Positions 17,227-26,708 of a stretch of DNA of 28,705 nt are shown one piece after another. This DNA comes from Candidatus Eiseniibacteriota bacterium (GTDB lineage: Bacteria > Eisenbacteria > RBG-16-71-46). The notes under the pieces are model-generated. The model worked only from the letters and a program-made list of their open reading frames with translations, was not told the DNA's origin and searched no databases. Position numbers and translations under genes: made by a program. The stretch lies in NCBI GenBank assembly GCA_038231135.1, contig JBBRLX010000042.1:1-28705 (forward strand), written 5' to 3'. Numbering within the stretch: the first letter of the stretch is position 1; each line of letters opens with the position of its first letter.

Positions 17227-18696
17227 ATGCCACTCGACGACAGTGCCTGCTATCGCGCGTTCGTGACCCGCGACCGGAGGTTCGACGGCCGGTTCGTGAC
17301 CGCCGTCGTGACCACGCGCGTGTACTGCCGGCCGGGCTGTCCGGCGCGCACCCCGGCGCGGCGCAACGTGCGATTCTACCCGCATCCGGCCGCGGCCGAG
17401 GCCGCGGGATTCCGGCCGTGCCTGCGTTGTCGCCCCGAGACCGCCCCCGGCTCGCCGGCGTGGGACGGCACGTCCGCGACCGTCGCGCGCGCGCTGCGGC
17501 TGATCGACGAGGGCGCAATGGACGGCGCCGGCGTCGAGGCGCTCGCCGGCCGGCTCGGCGTGACGTCGCGCTGGCTGCGCCGGCTGTTCGCCGAGCAGAT
17601 CGGCGCGTCGCCGCTCGAAGTCGCGCGCACGCGCCGGGTGCACTTCGCGCGGCGCCTGCTCGACGCGACCGACCTGCCGCTCGAGGACTTGGCGCAGGCC
17701 GCGGGGTTTGGCAGCGCGCGCCGGCTGCACGATGCGATCCGCGCCACGTTCCACCGGCCGCCCGGCGTGCTGCGCCGGCGGCGCGCGATTCCCGGCGCGC
17801 CGGCCGGGGACCTGGCGCCGGATGCGCTCGAGTTGCGCCTGCCGGCGCGTGCGCCGTTCGCGGCGGCGCCGATCCTGGCGTTCCTCGCCGGACGCGCGAT
17901 TCCCGGCGTCGAGCGGGTCGCGAACGGCGCGTACACGCGGTCGGTGCGGATCGGCGACGCGACCGGGACGATCCGCGTGCGCGGCATCCCGGGGGAGCCG
18001 GCGCTCACGCTCGGCGTGCGCATGTCGTCATCGCTCGCGCTGCTCGCGATCGCGACGCGAATCACGCGCATGTTCGATCTCGACAGCGACACGCGCGCGA
18101 TCGCCGCGCACCTGAGGCGCGACCCGCGGCTCGCGCGCGTGGTCCCGGCTCACGGGCTGCGGTTGCCCGGCAGCTGGGATCCGTTCGAGACCGGCGTACG
18201 CGCGCTGATCGGCCAGCAGATCTCGGTGGCCGCTGCGCGCACGATCATCGGCCGGCTCGTGGTTCGCTGCGGCACGCCGCTCGCGGAGCCGGCCGGCGGC
18301 ATCACGCACGTGTTCCCGCCGCCCGCGACGGTCGCGGCCGCGGAGCTGTCCAGCCTCGGCCTGCCAGGCGCGCGCGTGGCGGCGCTGCGGGCGTTCGCGG
18401 CGGCGATCGCGGACGGCACGCTGGCGTTCGACGGACTGTCCGATCTCGACACGATCGTGACGCAACTTACCTCGCTGCCGGGAATCGGTCCCTGGACGGC
18501 GCACTACATCGCGATGCGCGCGCTCGGCCAGCCCGACGCGTTCCCCGCCAGCGATCTCGGCGTGCTCAAGGCGCTGGCGGTGAACGGCCGGTTGCCCACG
18601 GCGCGCGAGGCGATCGCGCGCGCGGAAGCATGGCGACCGTGGCGCGCGTACGCGGTGATCGCAATGTGGTCTGCACCCAAACCCAGGGAGACATGA
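17227..18696 (+). CDS. alkA: Bifunctional Ada-type regulator / DNA-3-methyladenine glycosylase II (AdaA-AlkA fusion)
   Basis: RDRRFDGRF, YCRPGC and RPCLRCRPE Zn site, AraC HTH (AGFGSARRL), AlkA N-terminal domain, GQQISV, HhH LPGIGPWTAHYIAMR, DAFPASDLG, WRPWRAYA. Confidence 0.93.
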   Translation: MPLDDSACYRAFVTRDRRFDGRFVTAVVTTRVYCRPGCPARTPARRNVRFYPHPAAAEAAGFRPCLRCRPETAPGSPAWDGTSATVARALRLIDEGAMDGAGVEALAGRLGVTSRWLRRLFAEQIGASPLEVARTRRVHFARRLLDATDLPLEDLAQAAGFGSARRLHDAIRATFHRPPGVLRRRRAIPGAPAGDLAPDALELRLPARAPFAAAPILAFLAGRAIPGVERVANGAYTRSVRIGDATGTIRVRGIPGEPALTLGVRMSSSLALLAIATRITRMFDLDSDTRAIAAHLRRDPRLARVVPAHGLRLPGSWDPFETGVRALIGQQISVAAARTIIGRLVVRCGTPLAEPAGGITHVFPPPATVAAAELSSLGLPGARVAALRAFAAAIADGTLAFDGLSDLDTIVTQLTSLPGIGPWTAHYIAMRALGQPDAFPASDLGVLKALAVNGRLPTAREAIARAEAWRPWRAYAVIAMWSAPKPRET

Positions 18697-19247
18697 TGCT
18701 GGAACGAGGCAATTTCGAGAGCCCGATCGGCCCGATTGCGCTGTTCGCGTACGACGACCGGCTGGTGGGACTGGAATTCGCGGACCGCGCAGAGCGGATC
18801 GAGGCATTGCAGGCAAAGCTCGAGCAGCGTCTCGACACCCCGGCGATGCGGGACGTCGTGGATCCCGCGGGCGCGGCGACGCGGCTGCGCGCGTATTTCG
18901 ACGGCGACCGCGACGCGCTCGCGGGCCAGCCGGTGACGCTGTACGGCACGCCGTTCCAGCGCGCCGTGTGGGCCGCGCTGTGCGAAATCCCCGCGGGCGT
19001 GACGTGGTCCTACGCGCAACTCGCGGAGCGCGTCGGCTGCCCGGGCGGCCAGCGCGCCGCGGGTGCCGCGAACGGTCGCAACCCCGTGTCGCTGGTCGTG
19101 CCATGCCATCGCGTGATCGCGTCGAGCGGCGCGCTGCACGGCTACGGCGGCGGGCTCGAGCGCAAGGCGTGGCTGCTCGAGCACGAAGGCGCGCGGGTCG
19201 CCCGACGGACGCTTCCCGGCATCGTGAGCGAGACCGTAACGGTCTAG
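18693..19247 (+). CDS. ogt: Methylated-DNA--protein-cysteine methyltransferase (184 aa)
   Basis: ATGA overlap with the alkA stop; GTPFQRAVW, IPAGVTWSYAQLA, NPVSLVVPCHRVI, GYGGGLERK. Confidence 0.95.
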   Translation: MMLERGNFESPIGPIALFAYDDRLVGLEFADRAERIEALQAKLEQRLDTPAMRDVVDPAGAATRLRAYFDGDRDALAGQPVTLYGTPFQRAVWAALCEIPAGVTWSYAQLAERVGCPGGQRAAGAANGRNPVSLVVPCHRVIASSGALHGYGGGLERKAWLLEHEGARVARRTLPGIVSETVTV

Positions 19248-19256
19248 ACTGGCGGG

Positions 19257-20717
19257 ATGCGCATCCTGTTCTGGTTCCGGAAGGACTTGAGGCTCGACGA
19301 CAATACGGGGCTGAGCGAGGCGGTGCGCGACGCCTCGGGCGACGTGGTGCCGTTCTACGCCAGCGAGCCCGCGATGCTCGCGCGCGAGGACATGGCCGCG
19401 ACGCGCGTACGGTTCGCGCTCGATTCGCTCGCGGATCTGTCGGACGCGATCGAGCGATCGGGCTCGCGGCTCGTGCTCGATCACGGCGACCCCGTGGCGA
19501 CCGTGCCGGCGGCGGCGCGAGCGGCGGGGACGGACGCGGTCTACTGGAACGACGAATACGAACCCGCGCTGCTCGCGCGCGACGCCGAGGTGGAGCGGGC
19601 GCTGCGGCAATCGGGCATCCGCGTCCGGCGGTTCCACGACCGGCTGCTGGTACCACCCGGCATCGTGACCACCATGGACGGCCAGCCATTCGTGATGTAC
19701 TCGCCGTTCCGGCGGGCGTGCGAGCGGCTGCCGATTGGCGCGCCGATGCCGGCGGTGACACGGCTCGGTGCGCACGAACTGCCGCAGCGCTCGCTCGCCT
19801 CGCTGGAACGGCTCGGGTTCGTCACGCACCAGGAACACTGGCCGGGCGGCACGCGCGCCGCGCACCGCCGGCTGCGGCGGTTCGCCGGCGGCACCGGCGC
19901 CACGCCCGGGGGCGGACTCGCGATCTACGCCGCGCAGCGCGATCAGCCGGCCGCGAACGCGACTTCGGGGCTGTCCGCCGATCTCAAATTCGGCACGCTG
20001 TCGCCACGGCAGGTGGCGCGCAACATCCGGGACGCCGCGGCGGCGGACGCGCGCCTCGTGCCCTCCGCGGACAAGTATGTGTCGGAACTCCGCTGGCGGG
20101 ACTTCTACGCGCACGTGATGTTCCACTTCCCACATTGCGAGTACGCGCCGTTCCGGCCGCGGTTCTCCGCACTGGAATGGGAGGACGATCCCCGCCTCAT
20201 CGCGGCATGGCGCGACGGCCGCACCGGCTACCCCATCGTCGACGCCGGTATGCGCCAACTCGATCTCACGGGCTTCATGCACAACCGGGTGCGGATGGTC
20301 GTGGCGTCGTTCCTCACGAAGACACTGCTCGCCAACTGGCAGCACGGCGAGCGCCATTTCATGAGGCGGCTGGTGGACGGCGATCTCGCGAGCAACAACG
20401 GCGGCTGGCAATGGGCCGCGTCGACCGGAACCGATCCGCAGCCCTACTTCCGCATCTTCAATCCGGTGTTGCAGGGCGAGAAATTCGACGCCACGGGCGC
20501 CTACGTGCGCCAGTGGCTGCCCGCGCTCGCGAAGCTGCCCGCGCGCTGGATCCACCGGCCATGGGAGGCTCCACCGTCGGCGCTGGCCGACGCGGGCGTG
20601 ACGCTCGGTACGACGTACCCCGCACCGGTCGTGAACCTCCGCGAACGCCGCGAGCGAGCGCTCGCCGTGTTCCAGGCGGCAGCGGATCCCCGGTCGAACC
20701 GCGACTTCGGTCTCTAG
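19257..20717 (+). CDS. phrB: Deoxyribodipyrimidine photolyase
   Basis: WFRKDLRLDDN, TSGLSADLKFG, SELRWRDF, GRTGYPIVDAGMRQL, GFMHNRVRM, LVDGDLASNNGGWQW, PYFRIFNP. Confidence 0.95.
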   Translation: MRILFWFRKDLRLDDNTGLSEAVRDASGDVVPFYASEPAMLAREDMAATRVRFALDSLADLSDAIERSGSRLVLDHGDPVATVPAAARAAGTDAVYWNDEYEPALLARDAEVERALRQSGIRVRRFHDRLLVPPGIVTTMDGQPFVMYSPFRRACERLPIGAPMPAVTRLGAHELPQRSLASLERLGFVTHQEHWPGGTRAAHRRLRRFAGGTGATPGGGLAIYAAQRDQPAANATSGLSADLKFGTLSPRQVARNIRDAAAADARLVPSADKYVSELRWRDFYAHVMFHFPHCEYAPFRPRFSALEWEDDPRLIAAWRDGRTGYPIVDAGMRQLDLTGFMHNRVRMVVASFLTKTLLANWQHGERHFMRRLVDGDLASNNGGWQWAASTGTDPQPYFRIFNPVLQGEKFDATGAYVRQWLPALAKLPARWIHRPWEAPPSALADAGVTLGTTYPAPVVNLRERRERALAVFQAAADPRSNRDFGL

Positions 20718-21559
20718 TTGGCCGCCGGTTTCCTCGCGCGGATGAATGCGCTCATGAATTGCCCTGCGACCTGCTTCGCCGCCGCATCCGCATCGATGCC
20801 CTGGGCCGAGAGGAACTCGCGCGCGTCCCCAATGTCGTACACGCGGGTGGGCTCCACGCTCACCTGATCGAATCCGGCACTCAAGAGTTTCGCGACGTAC
20901 TCCGACTCTTCCATCGCACCCGCTACGCATCCGACCCACAGCTCGACGCTCTTCCGGATCTCGGCCGGGACGGGGCCACGAACCACGACATCCGACACCG
21001 CGAACCGGCCGCCTGGCTTGAGCACCCGGAACGCCTCGGCCAGGACGCGGTCCTTGTCGCCGGAAAGGTTGATGACGCAGTTCGAAATGATCACGTCGAC
21101 GGACGAGTTCGGCAGCGGAATGCTCTCGATCTCACCCTTGAGAAATTCGACGTTCGTGAGGCCGGCTTCGGCCTGGTTCTTCCTCGCCAGCTCCAGCATT
21201 TGGTCCGTCATGTCGAGGCCATACGCTTTACCGGTTGGGCCGACACGGCGGGCGGAGAGCAGCACATCGATGCCGCCGCCCGATCCGAGATCGAGCACGA
21301 TCTCGCCGGACCCAAGCTCGGCGAGTGCCGTCGGATTCCCGCAGCCGAGAGAGGCGCGAACCGCGTTCTCTGGAAGCGAGCCCCTCTCGGAGTCATTGTA
21401 GAGGTTCGAAGTGATCGGATCGCCGCACGACGACTCGGCCGTCCCGCAGCACGCGGACCCAGCGGAGCTGCCGCAACAGGAACTATTCTCGCCTCGGACC
21501 GCCCGCTTGGCCGCCTCGCCGTACTTCTCGCGTACCACGTCCTTCAGATTGGCGCTCAT
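20714..21559 (-). CDS. arsM: Arsenite methyltransferase
   Basis: Cys-rich N-terminus SSCCG...[39 protein letters not shown]; downstream of arsR. Confidence 0.95.
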   Translation of the reverse strand: MSANLKDVVREKYGEAAKRAVRGENSSCCGSSAGSACCGTAESSCGDPITSNLYNDSERGSLPENAVRASLGCGNPTALAELGSGEIVLDLGSGGGIDVLLSARRVGPTGKAYGLDMTDQMLELARKNQAEAGLTNVEFLKGEIESIPLPNSSVDVIISNCVINLSGDKDRVLAEAFRVLKPGGRFAVSDVVVRGPVPAEIRKSVELWVGCVAGAMEESEYVAKLLSAGFDQVSVEPTRVYDIGDAREFLSAQGIDADAAAKQVAGQFMSAFIRARKPAAN

Positions 21560-21942
21560 GAAGTTCTCCTCTTCGGCCCGATGTCACACAGCTTGACCAC
21601 CGCATCTGCGTTGATTGCCTGGCTTCGTGAACAACACTCCGCGAACAGGAATCCCAACAACTCCTCCAGCGCCACCGTATTCGCCGTGTAACGGAGGAAC
21701 GTGCTCTCGCGCTGGACCATCGCGAGTCCCTCGGCTTTGAGCTTCTCGAGGTGGTGCGAGAGGGTCGAGGCCGGGATGCCGAGTTCGGTTTGGATGTCGC
21801 CGACCACCATGCCGTCGGGATGGGCCGACAGCAGCAGGCGAAGGATCTGCAGCCGGACTTCGGTGCCGAGGGCCGCGAACATGTCGGCGTAGCGTGCCGT
21901 CTGGGCCGGAGTCGGCCTGGATGATTCGGTCCTTGATCGCAT
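21556..21942 (-). CDS. arsR: ArsR/SmtB family repressor with C-terminal CC pair
   Basis: [37 protein letters not shown]-coupled to arsM. Confidence 0.9.
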   Translation of the reverse strand: MRSRTESSRPTPAQTARYADMFAALGTEVRLQILRLLLSAHPDGMVVGDIQTELGIPASTLSHHLEKLKAEGLAMVQRESTFLRYTANTVALEELLGFLFAECCSRSQAINADAVVKLCDIGPKRRTS

Positions 21943-21977
21943 ACTTCGATTATCGTAGAATCATCGAAACAACTCAA
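21933..21977. promoter_or_regulatory. Overlapping divergent sigma70-type promoters with probable ArsR operator
   Basis: Plus: TTGATC(21933-38)-N17-TAGAAT(21956-61). Minus: TTGAGT(21977-72)-N17-GATAAT(21954-49)-N6-ATG. Imperfect palindrome TTCGAT-N12-ATCGAA at 21945-21968 covers both -10 boxes. Confidence 0.7.
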
Positions 21978-22017
21978 GCGGTTTCTTTCGACGCAGCCCC
22001 GGTTTGAAGGTAAGTCC

Positions 22018-22188
22018 ATGAACGGCACGCCGAAGCGTCTGGCGTTCTTCGAACGCTATCTGACCCTGTGGGTAGGTCTCTGCATGGTACTGGGCGTTCT
22101 GCTCGGCAAGTTCCTACCTGGCGTGGTCACGGGCGTGCGGGTTACGTCCTGCTCTCGATTGGCGACGGCAAACCGCACTCGGAGTTGA
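22018..22188 (+). pseudogene. acr3: 5' fragment of Acr3 arsenite efflux pump
   Basis: [35 protein letters not shown] matches the Acr3 N-terminus; similarity ends near 22140, stop at 22186-22188. Too short for the ORF track. Confidence 0.82.
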
Positions 22189-22280
22189 TCCGTGTCGACT
22201 ACGAAATCGAACGTGTGATGCAAGCCATCCGCGAGAGCGAGTTGCCCGATGAGTTCGCCGAGCAGCTTCGAAACGGCGGA
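22134..22280 (+). pseudogene. 3' fragment of a metallophosphoesterase-family gene
   Basis: RAGYVLL...[32 protein letters not shown] resembles the C-terminus of calcineurin-like phosphoesterases; no catalytic N-terminal part present. Confidence 0.6.
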
Positions 22281-22349
22281 ATGCCTGGCTCACCTCTGGA
22301 GTACAAGACGGTTCCGGAAAACGGCGAGCCAGTCGTCTGGGGAGGACTC

Positions 22350-23120
22350 ACGGATCCCTTTGACGTCCCGCCCGCGCCGGGCCTGCACCTGTGGACCAGC
22401 CATCACTACCCGGTGCCGCTGCCGCCCGGACACCCTTTCACCGCGTACTCGCAGGAGAGCTGACCGCGGACGAACTCCGCATGCTGGGACTAACGTGGTC
22501 GCCGTAGCTGGCGCTGCGCGCACGCGCCGCGGTGGTCGGCACCGTGATGGCGGCTCGCACAGCGCTCGTCCACGGCATCGCGGGGAATCTCGCGGGCGGC
22601 TCGCATCACGCGTATCGCGACCGGGCGGAGGCGTTCTGCCTGTTCAACGATCTCGCGATCGCGGTCCTGCTGCTGCGCGCGGCCGGCTGCGTGCGACGGC
22701 CATTCGTGCTCGACCTCGACGTGCACCAGGGCAACGGCACGGCGGCGTGGTTCGAGACCGATCCCGACGTGTTCACGTGCTCGATCCACGCCGGCCGCAA
22801 CTTTCCGCTGCGCAAGGAGCGCGGCTCGCTCGATGTCGAGCTGCCCGACGCCTGCGACGACGGCGAGTACCTGGCCACGATCGATGACGTGGTGCCGGCG
22901 GCGCTCGACCGGCACGTGCCGGACCTGGTGCTCTACCAGGCCGGCGTCGACGCGCTCGTGAACGACCGCTTCGGCCGGCTCGCGCTCACGCTGCCCGGCC
23001 TCGCCGAGCGGGACCGGCGGGTGTTCGAGTGGTGCGAGGCGCGCAACATGCCGGTTGCGGTGACGCTCGGCGGCGGGTACGGCCGTCCGCTCGAGACCAG
23101 CATTGCGGCGCACGCCGCGG
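22350..23120 (+). pseudogene. Histone deacetylase-family pseudogene
   Basis: HLWTSHHYPVPLPPGHPF in one frame, then RVLAGELTADELRMLGLTWSP*LALRARAAVVGT in another (TAG 22505-22507), then GGSHHA, FCLFND, DLDVHQGNG, QAGVD, LGGGY. Apparent deletion/frameshift near 22440; no clean stop. Confidence 0.8.
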
Positions 23121-23410
23121 GTGTGGCACGCCCCGCTCCCCGGTGGAGCGCCGGACCGGGGCCGCGCACTCCCAGCGCGACGGCGAACGATCCTGACAAC
23201 GCGCGGGGCGTGGTGACGCCGCCGTGGTCGCTCGCCGCGGCGGCCGGCCGCGGCCAACAACCCCGCCCGCGTCTGCCGCGGCGTCGATCCCGGCCGCATG
23301 CCATGCGGCGATGCTGCGTTGTCGCCCGCCGTGAATCACCAGGACGGCCGAATGTGCACGAGTTTCGCATCCACCGCGCCGACCCCGAGCGATCGAAACG
23401 GAGGATACCA

Positions 23411-23809
23411 ATGCGTTCGATGCGAGTTCTGGTGGCGGCAGGCGTGCTGATGGCGTGTGTGGCGGGAAACCTGGGGGTGGCGCGGGCGGCGGGCGGTGCG
23501 AAGGTGGCGCGGAGCGCCGACGCACCGCGGGCGGCGAAGCCCGCGGGCACCCGGCAGTTCACGGGCTGGGTGACGGCGTTCGACAACACGTCGCTGACGG
23601 TGGAACGGCGTGGCAAGCAGCCGAAGACGGTGGTGTTCACGAAGCACTCCGAGATGAAGACCCAGGGCGACGTCGAGAAGGATGCGCGCGTGACGGTGTA
23701 CTACCGTGACGAGGGCGGCCAGCTCACGGCGCATCGCGTGGTCGTGAAGGCCGCGGCCACGCGGGATGCGGCGGCACGGCCGGCAGGCGGAGCACGCGGG
23801 CGGCACTGA
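23411..23809 (+). CDS. Secreted small protein, probable OB-fold (DUF5666-like; 132 aa)
   Basis: GAGGA RBS, signal peptide ending VARA, FTGWVTAFDNTSLTV...RVTVYYRDEGGQLTAHRVVV beta pattern. Confidence 0.75.
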   Translation: MRSMRVLVAAGVLMACVAGNLGVARAAGGAKVARSADAPRAAKPAGTRQFTGWVTAFDNTSLTVERRGKQPKTVVFTKHSEMKTQGDVEKDARVTVYYRDEGGQLTAHRVVVKAAATRDAAARPAGGARGRH

Positions 23810-23925
23810 CGGTTCTGGCGGCGCGTGACAGGGGCGGGGGCTTGGGATGCCCCGCCCGCTTGAACTCGACCGCTCCGAGCGGCGATGATCGGGTCTCCCC
23901 GACCCACGCTCTGCAGGAGGAACTG

Positions 23926-24999
23926 TTGCGACTGCCCTCGAATCGACTCCGGCCCGCGCCGGCAACGTCCGGGCCCCGCGTTGCGCCGCCGAATTCACTC
24001 GCGCGCCGCTGGGCGCTGCCGCTGCTGATGTTGCTGGCACTGCCGGCGGGACCGCTGCGGGCGGCCGCTTCCGGCGATGCCCCGCTGCCGCCCTACCATA
24101 CGCCGTTTCCGCTGCCGGAGCCGCGGCTGTTGAGTGATGGGTTCCTGTGCACGGGCGACTGGGAGTCGCATCCCGTGTTCTCGCCGGGCGGGCGCACGCT
24201 CTATTTCGTGAAGAGCAGCCCGTCCAACGATTTCACGGCGATCGTGTATTCGCGTTTCGTGGATGGCGGTTGGACGATCCCGCACATGGCGTCGTTCTCG
24301 GGCAAGTACCAGGACACGGATCCGTTCATCACGCCCGACGGCTCGAAGCTCTACTACTCGTCGAATCGCCCGCCGCAGGACTACATCGGCGCCGAGGCAC
24401 GCGACAACATGGATCTATGGGTGTGCGACCGGGCCACCGACACCACCTGGTCGGAGCCGCGCAACCTCGGCCCGCAGGTGAACGGGGCCGCCAACGAATG
24501 GTTCCCGACCGTCGCGTCCGATGGCACGCTGTACTTCGGCTCGAACCGGCCGGGCGGCCGGGGCGGCCTCGACCTGTGGCGCAGCCAGCTCGTGAACGGC
24601 GCCTACGCCCCCGCCGAGAACCTCGGCGATTCGGTGAACACCACGGCGAATGAGTCCGAGCCGCTCATCGCCCCCGACCAGAGCTGGATCCTGTTCACGT
24701 CGAGCGGCCGGCACGACAGCCGGGGGGGGACCGATCTGTACGTCACCTACCGCCGCGGAACCTCGTGGTCCGCGCCGCGCGATCTCGGGGATGTCGTGAA
24801 CTCGAAGCAGGACGAGTCGTCTCCGCACGTCTCGCCCGATGGCGAGTACTTCTTCTGGATGAGCCGGCGCAGCTTCACCGACACGCCGCCCGATCATGCG
24901 CTGAACTACGCCGAGCTGCTGTCGAGCCTGCGGCGCACGCGGAACGGGCTCGGCGACATCTATCAGATCGACCTGAAGGCGCTGGGACTCGCGAGATGA
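23926..24999 (+). CDS. Secreted TolB-like PD40 beta-propeller protein (about 357 aa)
   Basis: AGGAGG before TTG 23926. Repeats PVFSPGGRTLYF, PFITPDGSKLYYSSNR, PTVASDGTLYFGSNR, PLIAPDQSWILFTS, PHVSPDGEYFFW. Confidence 0.88.
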   Translation: MRLPSNRLRPAPATSGPRVAPPNSLARRWALPLLMLLALPAGPLRAAASGDAPLPPYHTPFPLPEPRLLSDGFLCTGDWESHPVFSPGGRTLYFVKSSPSNDFTAIVYSRFVDGGWTIPHMASFSGKYQDTDPFITPDGSKLYYSSNRPPQDYIGAEARDNMDLWVCDRATDTTWSEPRNLGPQVNGAANEWFPTVASDGTLYFGSNRPGGRGGLDLWRSQLVNGAYAPAENLGDSVNTTANESEPLIAPDQSWILFTSSGRHDSRGGTDLYVTYRRGTSWSAPRDLGDVVNSKQDESSPHVSPDGEYFFWMSRRSFTDTPPDHALNYAELLSSLRRTRNGLGDIYQIDLKALGLAR

Positions 25000-26708
25000 C
25001 CCGGCGGGGCCGCGCGGAGCCGGCGGCGCGCGCGCTCGCCCAACTCGAGCGCCTGAAGGCCGAGTTCGGAACCGGCCTCGGGCCGCGCAAGCTCGCGCTG
25101 CTGCGAACGCTCGACCGCTCGCGGTTCGCGACCCCGGCCCGGCTGGTGCGCTACCACGAGCTGCTGTGCTTCGCGCACGCCTACCCGGACGATGCGGCCG
25201 TGGAGGCATGGGTGCGGCGCTCGCTCGCTCGGTTCCAGCACCGCGCCGACCTGTGCCGGCATGCGGCAGCGCTCGCGAGCTCCGGCATCGCCGGGACCGC
25301 GATCGACTACCGGTTCTACTACCCCATGGCGCGCTGGCTCGCCGCGCGCTGGCCGGCGGCGCTGCGGCTCGAGTGGGACGAGTTCGAGAACGCGTCGCGC
25401 CTCGACGGCCTGCTGGCGTCGCTCGCGCTGCCGGCGGAGGCGCCCGCGATCGACGAGCTGGAATGGTCCGCCCGCGCCTGGCTCGCGCGCATGAAGCGCC
25501 CCGGCGAGACCGACGCGGCGTTCCTGGCGAACCGCGTGGCCGCGCTGCCGATGGCGGACCGTGCGCGCGAAACGCTCTACGACGAGCTCGACGTGCCCGT
25601 GCGGATCGAACCCGGGCCCGGCACGCCGGCGCGCACGACCGCGCGCACCGAGCTGTGCGGCCCCACGCGGCACGTCACCGCCCCGCTCGATCGCACGCGG
25701 CCCGATCTGATCGCGACGCTGGCCGGCCCGCCGCTGCCATTGCGCGCGCTCGGCCGGCGGGCCGGAGCCGAGCTCGTGGACCTCGCTCGCACGTCGATGG
25801 TCACCCGCCAGCGCGATCTCGACGCGTTCGCCTATGCCGACCCCGCGAACGTATGGCTCGTGGACGCCGGCCAGGGCGTGCAGTTCGCGTGGATGGGGAT
25901 GCTCGCCGAGCGGCGGCTGCTGCTCGAGTCGGTGCACGGCTGCCTCACGCTCAAGAACGGCGTGCCGATCGGCTACGTGCTCACGAGCGCGCTGTTCGGC
26001 TCGTCCGAGCTGGCCTACAACGTGTTCGACACCTACCGCGGCGTGGAGGCCGCGCGGATCTACGCCGCAATGATCGCGACCACGGCACGGCAGTTCGGCA
26101 GCGACACGTTCGCGATCGATCCTTACCAGCTCGGCCACGAGAACTCGGAGGCGCTGGAGTCCGGTGCATGGTGGTTCTACTGGAAGCTCGGGTTCCGCCC
26201 GCGCGACGCGGGCGTGAGCCGGCTTGCGCGCCGCGAGGCCGCGCTCAATGCCGCGCGGCCGGGGCGGCGCTCGACGATCGCCACGCTGCGACGGCTCGCG
26301 AGCCGTCCACTGTTCCTCGACGCCGGCCCCAGGCGGGACGACGTGCTGGGCGTGATGTCGCTCGCAAACGCCGGGCTCGCCGTGACCGATTCGATCGCGC
26401 AGCGATTCGGCTCGGATCGCGCACGGGCCGAGATGGTGTGTGCCCGTGAGGCCGCGACACTGCTCGGCGTGCGCTCGACACGCGGCTGGAGCGCCGGCGA
26501 ACACCTGTGGTGGCGACGCTGGGCCCCGCTCGTGCTCGTGCTCCCCGGGATCCGGCGCTGGAGCCCCGCCAGCCGCACCGCGCTGGTACAGGTGATTCGC
26601 GCCAAGGGCGGGCCACGGGAGTCGGACTACGTGCGGCTGTCGTCCGCGCATGCACCGCTGCGCGCCGCGCTGACGCGTCTGATGGAGCGAGCCCCGCGGC
26701 CGCGCTGA
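24996..26708 (+). CDS. Hypothetical protein with probable central GNAT-like domain (570 aa)
   Basis: ATGA overlap with the PD40 gene. LKNGVPIGYV, NVFDTYRGVEAA, AWWFYWKLGFRP resemble GNAT motifs. Confidence 0.78.
   Translation: MTRRGRAEPAARALAQLERLKAEFGTGLGPRKLALLRTLDRSRFATPARLVRYHELLCFAHAYPDDAAVEAWVRRSLARFQHRADLCRHAAALASSGIAGTAIDYRFYYPMARWLAARWPAALRLEWDEFENASRLDGLLASLALPAEAPAIDELEWSARAWLARMKRPGETDAAFLANRVAALPMADRARETLYDELDVPVRIEPGPGTPARTTARTELCGPTRHVTAPLDRTRPDLIATLAGPPLPLRALGRRAGAELVDLARTSMVTRQRDLDAFAYADPANVWLVDAGQGVQFAWMGMLAERRLLLESVHGCLTLKNGVPIGYVLTSALFGSSELAYNVFDTYRGVEAARIYAAMIATTARQFGSDTFAIDPYQLGHENSEALESGAWWFYWKLGFRPRDAGVSRLARREAALNAARPGRRSTIATLRRLASRPLFLDAGPRRDDVLGVMSLANAGLAVTDSIAQRFGSDRARAEMVCAREAATLLGVRSTRGWSAGEHLWWRRWAPLVLVLPGIRRWSPASRTALVQVIRAKGGPRESDYVRLSSAHAPLRAALTRLMERAPRPR

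Noticed and set aside
17157..19247. 696-aa ORF as a long Ogt fusion
   Set aside because: The first ~510 codons are an off-frame shadow of alkA; ogt starts at 18693.
22505..22507. TAG readthrough or recoding in the deacetylase gene
   Set aside because: The gene has other lesions, and TAG is a normal stop for several genes in this window.
22532..23809. 425-aa deacetylase / OB-fold fusion ORF
   Set aside because: The linker is low-complexity R/P-rich sequence, and the distal part has its own RBS, ATG (23411) and signal peptide.
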